DNA of 64,000 bases from the human T2T-CHM13v2.0 reference genome, Homo sapiens, in assembly GCF_009914755.1 (NCBI RefSeq), contig NC_060939.1; one strand, written 5' to 3'. Each line of letters opens with the position of its first letter. The stretch's first letter is position 1. Of the stretch, positions 43,032 through 58,385 are shown one piece after another. Both the position numbers and the translations under genes were made by a program. The notes beneath the pieces were generated by a model. The model was not told the DNA's origin. It worked only from the letters and a program-made list of their open reading frames with translations, and ran no database searches.

Positions 43032-44424
43032 GATATTATGCACTAATGAAGTACAAATGAAAATAAGAAAATGTCTGAGCTTACATTTCTTCTCCAAGAA
43101 TGAGCAAACCTTTTACTAAGGCATAAACAATGACAATCTATCAGATCTAACAAGAGGTCAGCTAAAAAAATTGTACATGATAAAAGACTATCAAATATAT
43201 ATTTATATCTACTGCCTAAACCTTGATACAATTTTATATCATGCCTTGAAATATTAGCAAATGATAAGAGGCATATTTATATAATTTATAAATAAATATG
43301 CATATAAGTAAAGACAAAACTAGTGGGGGTCTGTGCTCGATTTGCTTAACATTGGGGGATGCACATTCAAAAGCATGTTAATCCCTGCTCTAGAGACAAC
43401 AGTGGTATGATATAACTAGGACTTGGAAGAATTCCAGAATGCAAAATCTTTTGGCTCTACTAACAGTATACAAGTCATTCTTAAGTGCCTAGACTACCTC
43501 TTGAATTAGATTCAATCAGCTAAGGAGACTTGAACTTCCCCAAGATCTCTGCAAGCCAGTTTCTCCAAGGAACTGAACTTTCCACTAGGCTAAAGGAGAC
43601 CCTCCACCTGCTGAGGGAGACAAAGCCACCAGAAGATGGAGTAAGGTCTGGGGCCGTTAATATTGTGTACCTTCCCCAATTCCTCCAACCTCAAACTTGT
43701 TGAATTAATTCAAATTAGCATCTGGGCCAATATTAAAGGAACATGAATCACAAAAAGGGAGGAGTGATGGGGTGAGGGGTAGGGGGGCTGTTAGAGGATG
43801 TACAACCCTGGTTGTTAGTGAGAGTACAGCTCTGTCTTGCCTTTGAGGTAAGGGTTTTACTGTTCATTTATTTGTCTTGGACTTAAATATACATATATAA
43901 GGCAGTTCCTCATCTTCCCTCGTTTCCCCAGGCTTTACCATCAGTCCTGGCGATTCCTCAACAGGAAGGCTGTTTAAACTTCAACAGCCTGGAGCACTTG
44001 CTCCTGTTTACAGCCTCCAGGAGTCTATTTTCACAATTGTTTGGTGCACAGAAACAGAAGAGTACAAAAGAGTCACCCTTGGCTTATCTGCACAACCAAA
44101 AATGGTCCTAGTGCCTGTCTAGCAGTGAAGGCAACACTATTTCTCCATCTTGCAGTCAAAAAGCCAAAATAGTAGGAATACTTATTTCCAAATGACCAGT
44201 GCACAGATTTTGAGGTCCTAAAATCCTAGGTTTGAATACTGGCCCATTTATTGTTTGCTGTGTGACCTTGGATTCATTACACTGCATTTCCTTGGATTCC
44301 TCATCTGTTCACCTGGGTGGATGTTTATGAAAATATGAGGCTACTACATGGCACAAAGTAGGTGCCCCATAAACACTAGTTGTTCTTCCATTTTCTCCTT
44401 TTTTATGTTTAAAAATGAAAACTT

Positions 44425-44725
<301 letters not shown>

Positions 44726-44798
44726 TTAATTCCCAAGGCACAATTTAAGATGGCTAGAATGTAATCTCATTAGGTCTTGGTAAATTGGTATAATTGAT

Positions 44799-45126
<328 letters not shown>

Positions 45127-45184
45127 TTACGATGACGAGCATGAGGGTGAAAACATAAGATAAAAACCACAAAAGTGGTTTTGT

Positions 45185-45414
45185 AAAATGTTTGTTTATG
45201 GGGTATGAATGCAGCTTCCTTGCATGCATATAATACACAGTCTAGGTTTCTAGTGTACCCATCACCCAAATAGTGAACATTGTACCCAATAGGTAATTTC
45301 TTAACCCTCACCCCCTCCCACCCTCCCACCTTTTGTAGTCTCCCATGTTGATTATTCTACTCTGTATGTCCACGTTACCCTTTGTTAACTCCCACTTATA
45401 TGTGAGAACATGCT
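45185..45414 (-). mobile_element. L1PB-like 3' end
   Basis: 'gtacccatcacccaaatagtgaacattgtacccaataggtaatt...ctcccacttatatgtgagaacatgc'. Confidence 0.85.
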
Positions 45415-45709
45415 GAGGATTGCGTTTCTCCTCCAAGTCCAACACAGAGTCGACTGGATGTTAGAGTTCCCAAATCTGAAATACCTATCAGTTGTTGGCT
45501 AGACCTGAATATCTGTTAGAGGGCAGAACTAAAAACACCCTGGAAACATTCCCAGAGCTACATTTCTCCTGGAGCCAAGAAGAAAACACAAGTGATCCAT
45601 TTTGAACTTATTGATAACTGTCACATTTCTTTTAGGGAAACGGAAGAGCCAGTTTTGGGGCTTGGTATCTGGAGTTCTCCATATTAAGTCAGGATGCCAA
45701 GATGGTCTA

Positions 45710-45900
45710 GAGCTGTGGTTTTCCAACAGGAACCGCCCATCAGAATACCAGGGGTAAGGTGAAAAAATACAGATCCTGAGGCTATACTACCAGAGAGTCT
45801 TCTTGAGGAAGAGGGCCTGGAAACCTCTATTTCAAAAGCCTTTTCCATCCACCCCCAATCATTTTGATGATCAGCCATATGCATATCGGCCAAAAGCCTG
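45710..45900. mobile_element. MER5A-like
   Basis: 'gtggttttccaa...catcagaatacc...gggcctggaaacctctatttc'. Confidence 0.5.
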
Positions 45901-46029
45901 GTCCCTAAAGTAGAAACAATAACCTCTGGATTTTGCTTATTCAGACTTTCTTTTAACCTCAATTAAATATTTTTTTGGGACAAGCAGTGGGATCATCAAT
46001 GAAATAACATAAGGATTATTTATACACTT

Positions 46030-46460
46030 CTAAGTAGAGTGGCCCCTGGGAAGCTGACCCTAAGATTAGCATGCAGGTGTTTCTATCAGGGACTCTTGGG
46101 ACTAGCACCTTTGAAAGGGAGAAGGCATCAGGGTCCGGCAGAGGAAGATGCTGATCTGTGATTAAGTCCCAGTGAAAGCCCCAGGGGACCCCATGGGGAG
46201 CTCTGGGGCTGGATGGCCCTCTAGCATCGTCCTGAGTTGGGGCAGAGGGTCTGGGCCTTTAAACCTCTGCATTGATCAGTCATTGAATGTGGGCTGCCTA
46301 TGGAAAAAGGCATGATCTTTGGCGAGGTAGTTTTCTTCAGCCAAGGCAATCCCTAAAGAGGGCTGATGGCTGACAGCCACCTTCTGATAGCACTCCCAGC
46401 ACCTGAGGGGACAAAGCCCTTTGTTTCTGAAGGGGGGATCTGGGCAGAGGGGCATAGTGG
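46030..46460 (-). mobile_element. LTR16-like ERVL LTR
   Basis: 'ccctgggaagctgaccct', 'ccccatggggagctctggggctgg', 'gatcagtcattgaatgtgggctgcc'. Confidence 0.7.
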
Positions 46461-47577
46461 GTTTAAACTTCAAATGTGATTCACTTATAGCTGGCATTCC
46501 TTCAGCACCATGTTTAGGCAAGGATGAAATTCAGCATTCTCTGCCCTCCATAGACTCACCAGCTCTTCCTCTAAACACCAAGGAGGAGTCAGCAGCTGGT
46601 ACCTTTCACAGCCCAGAGAATTGAGTGAGCAACCTATGTGTGGGAGTAAAACGAGACACTGGATGGAGCATTTGGCTCTTAAGTTTGATAGAGAAAGAAG
46701 CGCATCCGTGGTGAGAATACACAGCTGGATGGTGGGATGCACGAATGAGACCAAGAGTATAAGGGCAACCCCCGTGTAGGCCAGTGAGATTGATTATTCT
46801 GCTCTTTATTGTGGGGTGAGCATGCATTACACCATCCCAGGCAAAAGATTATATGGATACTCTGAACTGTGCCCTACTATCACTCTACCCCCTGCCCGGA
46901 AAAACATACCCCACCCCTAACAACACACTATCCACCACAAAGAGTTGGGCTTTCCCAACAGCTTAAAATCTCTGATTAATCATCATGAGCTTTCTTACGG
47001 CAGAAAATAATGTCATCAGAGTTGGATCTCAGATACTTGTGCTGATTTTGATATGCCTCTGCCAAATTTCACAGTGGTTAGAGTCCCCTAATCCCTCAGT
47101 AATTATTAGACGTGTCTAGGAAAAAAACGTACCACTTTCTTTTGATGAGAATGATTGTTTGGTATACCTATTTATTTATTCACTTGTAATGAGCAGGAGA
47201 CACTTGGTGAGCCTGTTCCATTCCTCTATCAGATTCCTTTACGCATAAATTATTTGAGGGTAAGATTTATGCTCAAAGAATAATGAGGTAAACAGGAGCA
47301 AAGGGAATAATTTAAAAGCAATTCATCACAAAGAAGTGATCACATACATACCAAAAGCACGGAGAACCCCATACTGCTGCTCAGTTCTGTTTGAAGTTAT
47401 AGGTCAAAGGAGAATTTAATCCCAAGGACCATTTCTCCAGTGAAGCCTCAAAATGCTTTCTCTTGTTTTAACCGTGTTGTAACTTGAGACCTGACTGTTG
47501 GGAAAGAGAAACTGTGTGTACCTTCATTAAGATTGTTTTTGTTTACTTTTACTTTCTAATTTAATAAATTCATTGTA

Positions 47578-47583
<6 letters not shown>

Positions 47584-47614
<31 letters not shown>
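47584..47614 (+). repeat. (TG)n microsatellite
   Basis: Directly visible. Confidence 0.95.
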
Positions 47615-47618
<4 letters not shown>

Positions 47619-48022
47619 CTTAAAAGTTTCTTCTTGGAGAAAAAGTGTTCATCATTAATCGAAACTATGTTTGGTTCACCAAATGTCTTGAAAAACAAAA
47701 AGTTAAAGGAAGCCAGGCTTGGCGTGCAATTTATATGCAAAGACCTTTGATCAGCCAAAAGGCATTAAATTATGAATGAATAACTGAGACTAGAATTGTA
47801 AATATAAACATAATTTGATAATGGTTTGTCCTTGAAGTCAGACCTTACTTGTTTTACCTGGTTATTAATATTGGGACATCAGGGAAATGAGATAGAAATA
47901 ATATATCTGCAAGACATTTAGTCATTTAGAAAATTGACAGGATTTCTTATTTGAATGGATATAATATAGAAACATGTTTTGGATAATCAGTGGCCACCTC
48001 GAGGAAGGTCTTTAGAGCCACA

Positions 48023-48630
<608 letters not shown>

Positions 48631-49059
48631 ATGATTTCAGCCTGCTTTCTGAGCTCCACATTTGCTCACTAGACATCTCTACCTGCTGCTCCTGCAAGCA
48701 CCCCAAACTCAACTCTACTAAAGCTGAATTTATCACCTCTACTCCACCTTCCAAGTGTTTTACCCCCTGTAATTCTTAATAAATAGAAGCTTCACATAGC
48801 TTTTCAAGCTGGAGCCCTTGGAGTCATCTTTGACCTTTCATGTTAATCACACCTAAATATCTAATGGATGAGCAAATTCTGTTGACTCCATATCTTTAGT
48901 GTCTGTTTTATTATAGGTGTTGGAATTAAAATTTAAAAAAAGAAGAAGAAAAGGGAGAACAACAGAGTATTGAACTTGAGTCATAAGTTAAACTAAAAGT
49001 CCAACTTCCAAAGTAAACAATGAAGATTTAGAGGCTTTAGTCAATGGTGAGTTCTTCAT

Positions 49060-49370
49060 GAATCCATAGTTTAATTGGCCTCAAAAAAGTTAATGTGACA
49101 TGAAGCTGCTTTAATCATATTTTAGTGTTTAGAAGGTGAGGGGATAATTTTGCTGTGCTCTACACTGTCAGATCACAATTATATGCAGTTCTTGGTGGCA
49201 CATTTTAATGTAAAAATAGACATAACTATATTCAGAAGAGGAGATAGAATGTTGAAGGGACTCCAACCCATGTTATATTAGGGATGTTTGCGGGAATGAG
49301 AAGCTTTCCTTTGGAGCGGAGAACTCTTGGGATGGATGTTATGGCTGTCTGCAATTTACTAAAGGATGCC
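49060..49370 (+). mobile_element. L3/CR1-like relic
   Basis: 'tgcagttcttggtggcacatttt', 'ttcagaagaggag...aatgttgaagggact'. Confidence 0.5.
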
Positions 49371-49544
49371 ATTTAGCTCGCTAGTCCCAAACTCTACTCT
49401 GTAGACCACAGCCACACTGGCCCCATAAGAATATCCTGGGGAAAATTCTACACATTCTTTGTTCCCACTCCTAAGACATTCTTACTCAGATGACCTGGAG
49501 GGAGCACTCCCTCCTGAAATATGTACACTTTAAAAGTTCCCTAG

Positions 49545-49676
49545 GGCCCAGCATAGTGCTGCATGGCTTCTAGTCACAGCTACTTGGGTGGCTGAGATGG
49601 GAGGCTCACTTGAGCCCAAGAGTTTGAGCCCAGCCTTGGCAACACAGTGAGACCCTGTCTCCAAAAAAAAAAAAAT
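49545..49676 (+). mobile_element. FLAM monomer inside a MER5-like element (about 49400-49720)
   Basis: 'cagctacttgggtggctgagatgggaggctcacttgagcccaagagtttgag' plus A-tail. Confidence 0.85.
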
Positions 49677-50071
49677 CCTCTAGGTGATTTTTATTTTGAC
49701 ACACAGTCAAGTTTGGGAACCCCCACGCAAATGAGAAATCAAGTTTTTTCAGCACGCAGCCAAAAGTCAATGGATAGGAGAAGGGTCTTTGCAGACAATC
49801 AAGAGATACATTGTAAAACACAGAGCAGTTTAGAGACTTGACAGGCTGCCTTAGGAGGAAGCGGGGGAATGCTGAGTCACTAGGAATTCAAATACAGTTA
49901 CATGAACATTCTATAGACATGAAATCAAACACCTTTGGGCAAGATGGGTATCCGAACTCTATGATTTTTAAGATTCTATGGTATTTGTCAAAAGAAACAA
50001 AGGCCTATAGATACAAAGGAACTTTAAAAGTATTTCATTTTATATTATGTCTAGGGTGCAAAATATTCAGC

Positions 50072-50506
50072 TGTAGCAAAAATTGTCAGCACCCTACCCA
50101 TATTCCCCTGAGCCTTACTTCAGCACCTGTTGGCCTGACTTACATCTGCACTTCTTTACCTGAGAACTTCCTCTGGCCTCCAGAGTCCACTCTGCTTACA
50201 TACACAGCAGGCCAGACAGGCAGGGAACTAACCACCCACTGTCCCCCAGCAATGGTTGACTAATGACTGAGGAGTTGGTGAATAAGCCCCAGCCATTCGG
50301 ATGGGCAGGCTTTCCACGGGCTCCCAGAGTTCCCAGGTGGGATGAAGCTCTAATCTAATGAAGCCCACAATGCTAATGATATTGGCTACCATCCCTTCCC
50401 TTTCTTTCCCAGTCCCCTACTAGTGCTTCCGGGGATCACTTCACAAATTAATCGTACTCAAATCCTTGTCTTAGGGTCTGAGTCTGGGAGAACACAAAAT
50501 AAGACA
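50072..50506 (+). mobile_element. LTR16C-like ERVL solo LTR
   Basis: TG start, 'ctcccagagttcccaggtgggat', 'ctcaaatccttgtcttagggtctg...taagaca' end. Confidence 0.75.
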
Positions 50507-51549
50507 CTAACCAATTATTGCCAACTAAGCAGCAAATAATTAACTGTTAAATCAAAATTTGAGGCAATCCAGATTGAAAAGACATCTAATTAAAATTAAA
50601 AAAAAAAAAAAAGAAAACCTGGCAAGTGACGACAGCACTTGCAGGCTGGGGTGATGGGGACAGCCACAGCTAAGTTAGAGAGTCTGCCTACCCTCAGCTT
50701 CTGTGATCATTTGTCTGAAAGTTGCTGTTCATTGAGCTCAGCCCTACCCTCCTCTCTGGGCTTATTTTCTACCCCTTGTCCTCCACATTTTGCATTTCAG
50801 GCACTCCTTATGATTCCTCCAGCATACCTCCCTTGTTTTATACCTCTTTGCCTTTGACTTTTCTGTTTGCCATTGTCCTAGAAATTTCTATTCATTCTCT
50901 AAAACACATTCAAACTGTCTCCTCTTCCAGGAGTACTCTTGCTTGCCTCCCTCTAGACCATTTGAGTCATTTACCACTCTGATTATTCCTGTATCCTAGA
51001 GTAGAATAGTACAATTAATAATTAACTGGTTATTTAATACGAAAATAAAAGTGAGTTAAATCAGAGGGCACAGAAAAGTTCTTCCCTACTTCTCTTGCAC
51101 TCACTGCTGTGGAGCATCTCATATCAGGATAGTTTTCAATGACAATTAATTTACACACTAAGTTTCCTTTGTTCCTATGCTCTATAGCTAGTTGAATTAG
51201 AATGCAATCAGTCAACAAGTGTGCAGAACTTGAATCCAGATAGAGTCCCCTGAAAATAAAGAAGTATCATTCAGTAATTTAAAACAACCTTTGAGAATAA
51301 AAGTAAAATTCCCAGGCTATCACCTTAATTGAGAAGAGCAGCATACAAAATTTTGTGTGCAGTATAAATTCAAAACCTCTGAGTTTGAAGAAAAGCAGAA
51401 GAAAATACACTAATGGTAACTGTGGTGAATCTGGGGTATGGGACGCCAGTGATTATTTTTCTGCTTCTCTTGACTTTTTGTGTTTTCTAAGTTTTCAATA
51501 ATGAGCGGGTTGCAGAAAATAACAATGACACCTTTTTCACCTGTAAGAA

Positions 51550-53070
51550 ATGATTTCCTGCAGATCAATCACAATGGAAGAAATTTTATAAGTTATTAAA
51601 GAATTATCTACGAAACATGTCAGAGGCCATGAGGCTTCAGCAGCAGCATCACATCATTCTGCTGCCACATAATTTGTCCCAGAGCATAGAAAAGCTGAAA
51701 AGCTACACAATTTTATTTTTTAATGAAGGAAGAAGGATGCTGAAATCCAATCTTGGTAAAGAAGCACACACGCCCCTCACCTGCAATGACACTAATGAGT
51801 GTAGGTAGAAAAATATTAAATGAAATACTAGCCAATCACATTCAATAACATCTAAAAGAATCATCCTCTAAAATTAGATAAACTATACTAGAAATGAATA
51901 ATTAAATATTCAGAAAACTAATACTATAATAAATAGCATCAATGGGGCAAAGAAGAAAAACCATCTCAATAAATACTAAACAAGTAGTAGGTAAAATTTA
52001 AAAGATATATTTTATGAAACTGGGAATAGAAGGATCCTTAACATGATCATCACACTTAGCCATATGGGATGTCGACTATGAATAACGTGCTCAAAAATAA
52101 TTCTGACCTGTGTTTAAATTCCAGCTTCATGATTTTCTGGCCATGAGGCTTTCAGTAAGTTATTTAATCTTTCTGCTTTAGTTCTGTCTGTAAAATGGGC
52201 ATGATGATTTCTTACCTCCTAGGGTTGGTGTGAGCATAATTAAAGTGACTCATATTAAGTGCTCAGTATAGTGTCTGGAACTTAGTAACAGTGTTATAAT
52301 AACATTTATATATTAAGTGCTATGATGATGATGATGATGATGATGATGATAAGTAACACTAGTGATACTTGTAAAATTGATGTACTTCAGAATTTACTTG
52401 TGGAAATTTTTCTCTCCTAAACTTCAAACCCAAATATGTATGCCTGAGATTCAGCCATGGAGGGTCTTCTCTCAGGTGATTCTAATATATACCAAAAATT
52501 GAGAATTGCTAAATTTGAAATCATTCCTAGCAAAATCAGAAACAAGATAGATTATAAAATATCCCCAAATTGTTGCCTATTGTTTCAAAAGATCCAAGCA
52601 ACACAAAGGCCATGAAGCAAAAGTGAGAGGTATAATTGCAGATGAGGAAAATAAATTTATCTTCAGATGGTCTTTCGTTAAACATAGAAAATTCAAGACA
52701 CTTCAAACATCCCCTCAGACCAGCCATCTTAGAATCAAGAATAGGGTTCAGGATACAAATCCATATACAAAGTAGTTTTTCAGCAATATCCAACAACAAT
52801 AATATACGGTAGAAAGAATCCCTTCCATGATAGTGCCAAACATATAAAGCACCAAGGAACAACCTGGTGAGAAACGTGTTCTATGAGAAGGAAAGTAAAA
52901 TAGTTTACTGGGTGACATAAAAGAGGAGTTGAATAAATGCAGAGATGTACAATGGTTCCAAAAGTGTGGGCTGAATATGGTAACTTGGGAAGCACTCCTT
53001 ATAGCCTTCATGCAATCTCAATAAACATAATGGTAGATTTTTTAAAAATTAAATGGTTTCTATTACACTT
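51550..53070 (+). mobile_element. Old L1M ORF2 fragments interrupted by a MIR (about 52100-52290) and a MER5-like piece
   Basis: 'aaactgggaatagaaggatccttaacatgat', 'ggatacaaatccatatacaaaagt', 'catgcaatctcaataaaca'. Confidence 0.55.
52322..52350 (+). repeat. (ATG/GAT)~9 trinucleotide repeat
   Basis: Directly visible. Confidence 0.95.
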
Positions 53071-54869
53071 GAAGACTGGACGTGAGAGAATAAACAGACT
53101 GGAACTGACATGGAACAGGTGTTTAATAAATGCGAGCTCACTTTCTCTTGCTGCTTAGCAAAAGGTCTAAAGCCTCATTCCATGGCGACTTCCCTTCCTT
53201 AAATGCCTATAATTCCTACAACTGCTATAGATTTGAAAATTTCTGTACAATTTTTAAAGGTTCTACTTTACATTGAATTTATTAATTTACATGGTTGGGA
53301 CTTTACTCATTCTCTCCCAAATAGGTTGTAAAAGCCTTGAAGTCAAGGACTAGGTTTTTGCATCTTTGAACCAAATGTGTAACATATGCTAGTCATCTGC
53401 AGGGAAGGAGGGATGAGACAGAGATGGCTGACTACAAAATTGTCATTAGCTCATTACAATAGAATAAAATAACATACAGTTAATCACAGTTTGGAAGTCA
53501 AGCTTAGGGGCCACCAAAGCAATGTGAATGCCAAGCATAGTCCCACGTTAGCAGAGCCTTCTTTTAGCTAGAGCAACTCCTGCTGAGTAGTAGCAGACGT
53601 GGTGGAGGCCACAACTCATTCCTAAAATACGCTAGAGCTAATAGGCAGCTGATGTCAATTCAATAGGCAGTGAAGAATCTTGCAAAATAGGGGTGACCAA
53701 TCAGAAGAAATGTCTACTTAATAGCAGCTCATGGACTATGAATCCAAAAGAATGAATGAATTTCCAAATTCCCAAAGCTTCAAAGCAGAGTAGTTCAGAT
53801 TCATGCTTTGAGTAGGCCTGGCAGATTCTCAAAGTATAGTGGCTGCAAATTACTCACTTGATATTTTAAGCATATTTTGTATGCTTAAATTTGTAAAATT
53901 TTGTAAAAGTTGAGGAGAAGATACTGTTAGTCAGGATGTATATGTGGGGAACATAAGTATTAAATCAGTATGTGTACAGTTTCCAAGAACTATGAGTAAG
54001 CAAACCACTTCTTGACTTCAACTGGATGTCAATTTTACCTAAATATATGCAGAGGATATTAATACTATACTTGTGTTTACTTTAACAACCACCAGGCCTG
54101 TGTGAAAATCAGCTTCACAGCCAAATAAAGTGACAAAAATGACAACTCCAAGAACATAGAAACCACTTTGCAAGTTTTGCTTGCATTTTCTGTGTAATCT
54201 CCAGAAAAGAGATCTTATACACTTCTACATTGGCTGCCTACCCACTTCTCAAGACCCCACTTAACACTCTGGGGAAGTGGGGGCTGGGGGTCTTACCAAT
54301 CCTTGCCAACACTCACATCAGAAAAATACCTCCAGCTTTCAAAACTGGTCTAGTGTTCCAGCTATTGCTAAGAAGTGGGTAAATCTCACCCATAAATCAC
54401 AACTCCAAATTTCTGAGCAGAATCACAAAGTTTCAGAGTGCCCATTCACACATTCCCCAAGTGGAGAGGACTATAGGAGCTCGCCTCCCTATGAGCTCAG
54501 CTTCCATGTGACTGATTTCACTGTGGCAGGTGACCAGATAATGATGATAATACCATAGGTCTGCCATCTCTCTGTTACCTCCCAGGTCCTCTTGCAGCAT
54601 GGAGGGCTGTGACAAGCATAAGGCTATTTAAGACATGGCCTGCACTTTAACATAATTGTAGAACGTATTTGATAAGAAAGTTCAAAAAATAATCATAATT
54701 CCAGAAAATAAAGAAAAACTGTCAAAAGTATATTTGGTGAGAGGAAATTTCCAGATATGTGGTACAAGTGGTAAGTTAAAAGGGAAGCCAGAGGGACAGA
54801 GACTGCATTGTGGATGGGGTCATTAGGAGAGGTTTTCAGAAGAGTTGGGCCTTTAATCGAGAGGCCACA

Positions 54870-55100
54870 TAGCTTAATGATTAAGGAAAAGCAAGCTGCA
54901 GTGATATCCTCTGCTTTCTGATTCTGTTCCAACACAAAGGAGCTGTGTGTCCCTGAGATTGTTATTTGATCCTCCTAAACTTCAGTTTTCTCATCTGTAA
55001 AATGGGAATAACAATAGTGTCTACCTTGTAGGTTAAGTCGGATAATAAATGTAAAGCAGCATCTGGTAATGTAGTAAGGGCTCAATTATGTGTTAGCACA
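54870..55100 (+). mobile_element. MIR
   Basis: 'cttcagttttctcatctgtaaaatgggaataacaatagt' MIR core. Confidence 0.8.
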
Positions 55101-55230
55101 AAAAAATAAAAATAAGAACTTGACCTTGAAAGATAGACTGTTTGGACATGGACGAAAGAGGAATAGATAATGCAGGTCAGATGATGTTCGGTGGGAAAGA
55201 GCTGAAGTCAGTAGCAGCTGCCTTATGTCA

Positions 55231-55560
<330 letters not shown>

Positions 55561-56399
55561 TCCTGGTTATTTCTAATAAAAGGAGTAACATCCATTTGTT
55601 CTTCTTCTTGGACTGTGACTTAGAAGAAACCACATCTTTGTTCCCGAATTTTTATTGAACACAGTTTGGGGCCAGCACAACACTATCAGAATAATACTGC
55701 AAATATTCAGAAACCCCAAGCTGAAAGATCAAAATAACTGCTCAACCCACAGGAAGGAAAGGCACCACTGAATTTTCAGGAAACCAGACTTAAGAGTCAT
55801 TCAGACATGCAAAAGAGTTGTGTCCCTAACACATCACTGAGAAAGAGTTTTTCAATTTAGTGAAAACCTGAGCCAATCTAAATATTTAGAATGGTGAAGA
55901 CAACCTGCCCCTTCCTCTTCCTCCTCTCTACTTGTACCACCCGCTCCCTCACACCCAGTTATTTTCATATAATTTCATTTTCAGATTATTCAGCAAACCA
56001 TGGGCTGAAATTTTGGCTCCATTCATCAGATGTTTTGGCATTATATAGCCAGAGCCAGTAAGTAGAAAACAACTCACTCAAGAAACATTCTAGCCAAGAA
56101 AGGGCAATAAACGGGCCATTTCACTATCATCCATAATGACTCCCACATTCCACATTTCTACATATGATCTGGCAATTACGGCTACAGAATGAGGATTTTA
56201 AAGCAATCTCTGCCATTCCAGGTGCAAGTACAGTTGTTTAATTGGTGTTTGTAACTTAGAAGGTGGGGGGATTTATGGGACTTCTTTTCTATAGCCTCCT
56301 AAAATCCAGCTGCAAAAGCTAGAGTCCCTTACAAAACAATTTCACACCTAAGGATACAACATCAGGAAATATTTAGAGGAGCAAAGAGAGAGCTAACTT

Positions 56400-56800
56400 T
56401 GGAATAGCGGCTTTCAAAGGAGGGAGGGAAGGGCTAGCCACGACGTCCTTCGGCTCCATGTTTCTGGAAGACATCTTTGGCCGTGGCACCAGATTGCCAG
56501 GTTGGCAGAAGTTCCCAGCAAGTGCTGCGCCTCTGCCTTCGGGGTGAGACCTGTCACACTTTTTCTTCTCAGACACCACGGGGTGGGAGGCATGTTAGAG
56601 AATCTACAATCAACATAAAAGTCAATTTTTATAATCACTTCTGTGCCGAATGGCCCACTTTCCCCCTTGTGCTTGGGGATTTCATTATATTAAGGAGAGG
56701 CGGCAAAAGAGGCACGTTCTATTCAGCAACCGGATACAACTTCAGGCGATCTCTGAGAGAGAAGACGGGCTCGTAGACCAGCTTGCAACTCCCCAGTAAC
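56400..56800. promoter_or_regulatory. Putative enhancer (CpG-retaining unique block)
   Basis: Locally raised GC and CpG in non-repeat DNA; several TGGC/GCCA (NFI-like) half-sites. Confidence 0.35.
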
Positions 56801-56989
56801 TATGAGCACAAGTTCTTACAGGTCACCTTCAAGGAGGGTACTAGGGATCAACGTCTTCCTTTTTAATAATGGGGAACAACTTTTAATACCTAGTAAGTAC
56901 ATAGCATTGCCGCAGTCCTAAGCTGATGGCATTTTAATTTTACAAAGCAACAGCTAGCCCAGGTTGAGGCCAACTCTGATCTCTTCAAC

Positions 56990-57600
56990 CATAATCAGCC
57001 AGTCCAGACCCTCATCATATCTCACCTGGAATACTGTAACCCTTTCCTGCCTGTCTCACCATATACCAGCCTCCTGTTCCATTCTTCCTTCACACCAATA
57101 CTAGAGTTATCTCAGAGACGATGTGAACCCATATGTTTCAAAAGCTCCAGCTGTACCCCATTGCTGTGGGATAAAGACCAAACATGGCTTAGCGAAAGAC
57201 CTCACCCTCTATTGATTCTTCATGACACTGCCCTCTTTCACTTACTCTACCTCAATCTTACTCCAGCCCCTTTGAATTTCTACTTCTGAAAGATTCTAGA
57301 TTAATATTTTTAAGTTTTTATAGATTCCATCTTCCATATTTCTGCTTAGAGAATTGATACTCTTGCTCCAAAAGTTACCTCCATAGTGAATGAAGCTTTC
57401 TCCGATGACCCTTAGACCTGAAAGATTAGTTTCTTCTTCCTTAGTGCTTCTGAGCTCTCATTACCCATGTCTATCAGACTAGTCATTATTCAGGATATAA
57501 AAGACTCGCAGGTTCCCCAAGGGTAAGGGATAGGTTTTACACCCTTTCCTTTCCCCTGGCACATACTGAGCATGCTAGACATGACCAGAGAAAGAATAAA
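56990..57600 (+). mobile_element. L2 relic
   Basis: 'catcatatctcacctggaatactgtaac', 'cctggcacatactgagcatgct...gaataaatga'. Confidence 0.6.
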
Positions 57601-58342
57601 TGAGAGTGGATGTGTGCTGCGTTGGGAGTCTGGATTGCGTATCTTCAGTTTACCCAGTTTCTACACTCAACAGACTACACTCTGCTCCCAGTCATGTGCT
57701 CACAGATGCTTGCCACTGACCCCAGCACCTAGGCTGAAAACCAGACTCAAAGCACCTATTCCAGTGGGAGATGAATTCCAGTACATAAGACCAACCCACC
57801 TCTACTGTGGCTGAGCTATCTAGAGCAGATATTTGGATCTAGATCAGGGTCTGGTTTATAGTAAATGTTTGACAAATAGAACAGAGGGAAACTTGATGAG
57901 GACCAGTTTCAAGTCTGCGTTGGAGCAAACATACATCAGCTAATGATGAACTTCCAAAAAGCATTTGTGTTTGAAGAGAATATCAGTCCTCCTCTCAGGG
58001 GGTGGTAGCTCCGCTTCTCAGGCTCTGAACATGATTTATTTCTCTGGAAATGGGGCAGGCAGCTCACTCATTGGGGCCCTCACAAGCTTTATCATCTCTT
58101 TGAAGATCTCCCTGTATCAACTTGGTTCTTCCTTTTCTTAACCTCCCCAGCATACATTTTGTCAGTTAATTATAATCAGTTCTCTGGGTGTTTTAATCTT
58201 GTTTTCCCACCTGAGTAGGTGCCAATTTAGATACATCATTTTTAGATCTCATAGTGAGCAGCCTTGTGCCAAGCACAGTAGGTACTCAACCAATTCTCAT
58301 TAAAGCAAAATGTTGAGGACTTGTAAGTCTGAAGGGATTACA

Positions 58343-58346
<4 letters not shown>

Positions 58347-58381
<35 letters not shown>
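58347..58381 (+). repeat. (TG)~17 microsatellite
   Basis: Directly visible. Confidence 0.97.

Positions 58382-58385
<4 letters not shown>

Noticed and set aside
49838-50263. 141-aa ORF
   Set aside because: Non-ATG start, runs into an LTR16-like element, no homology recognised
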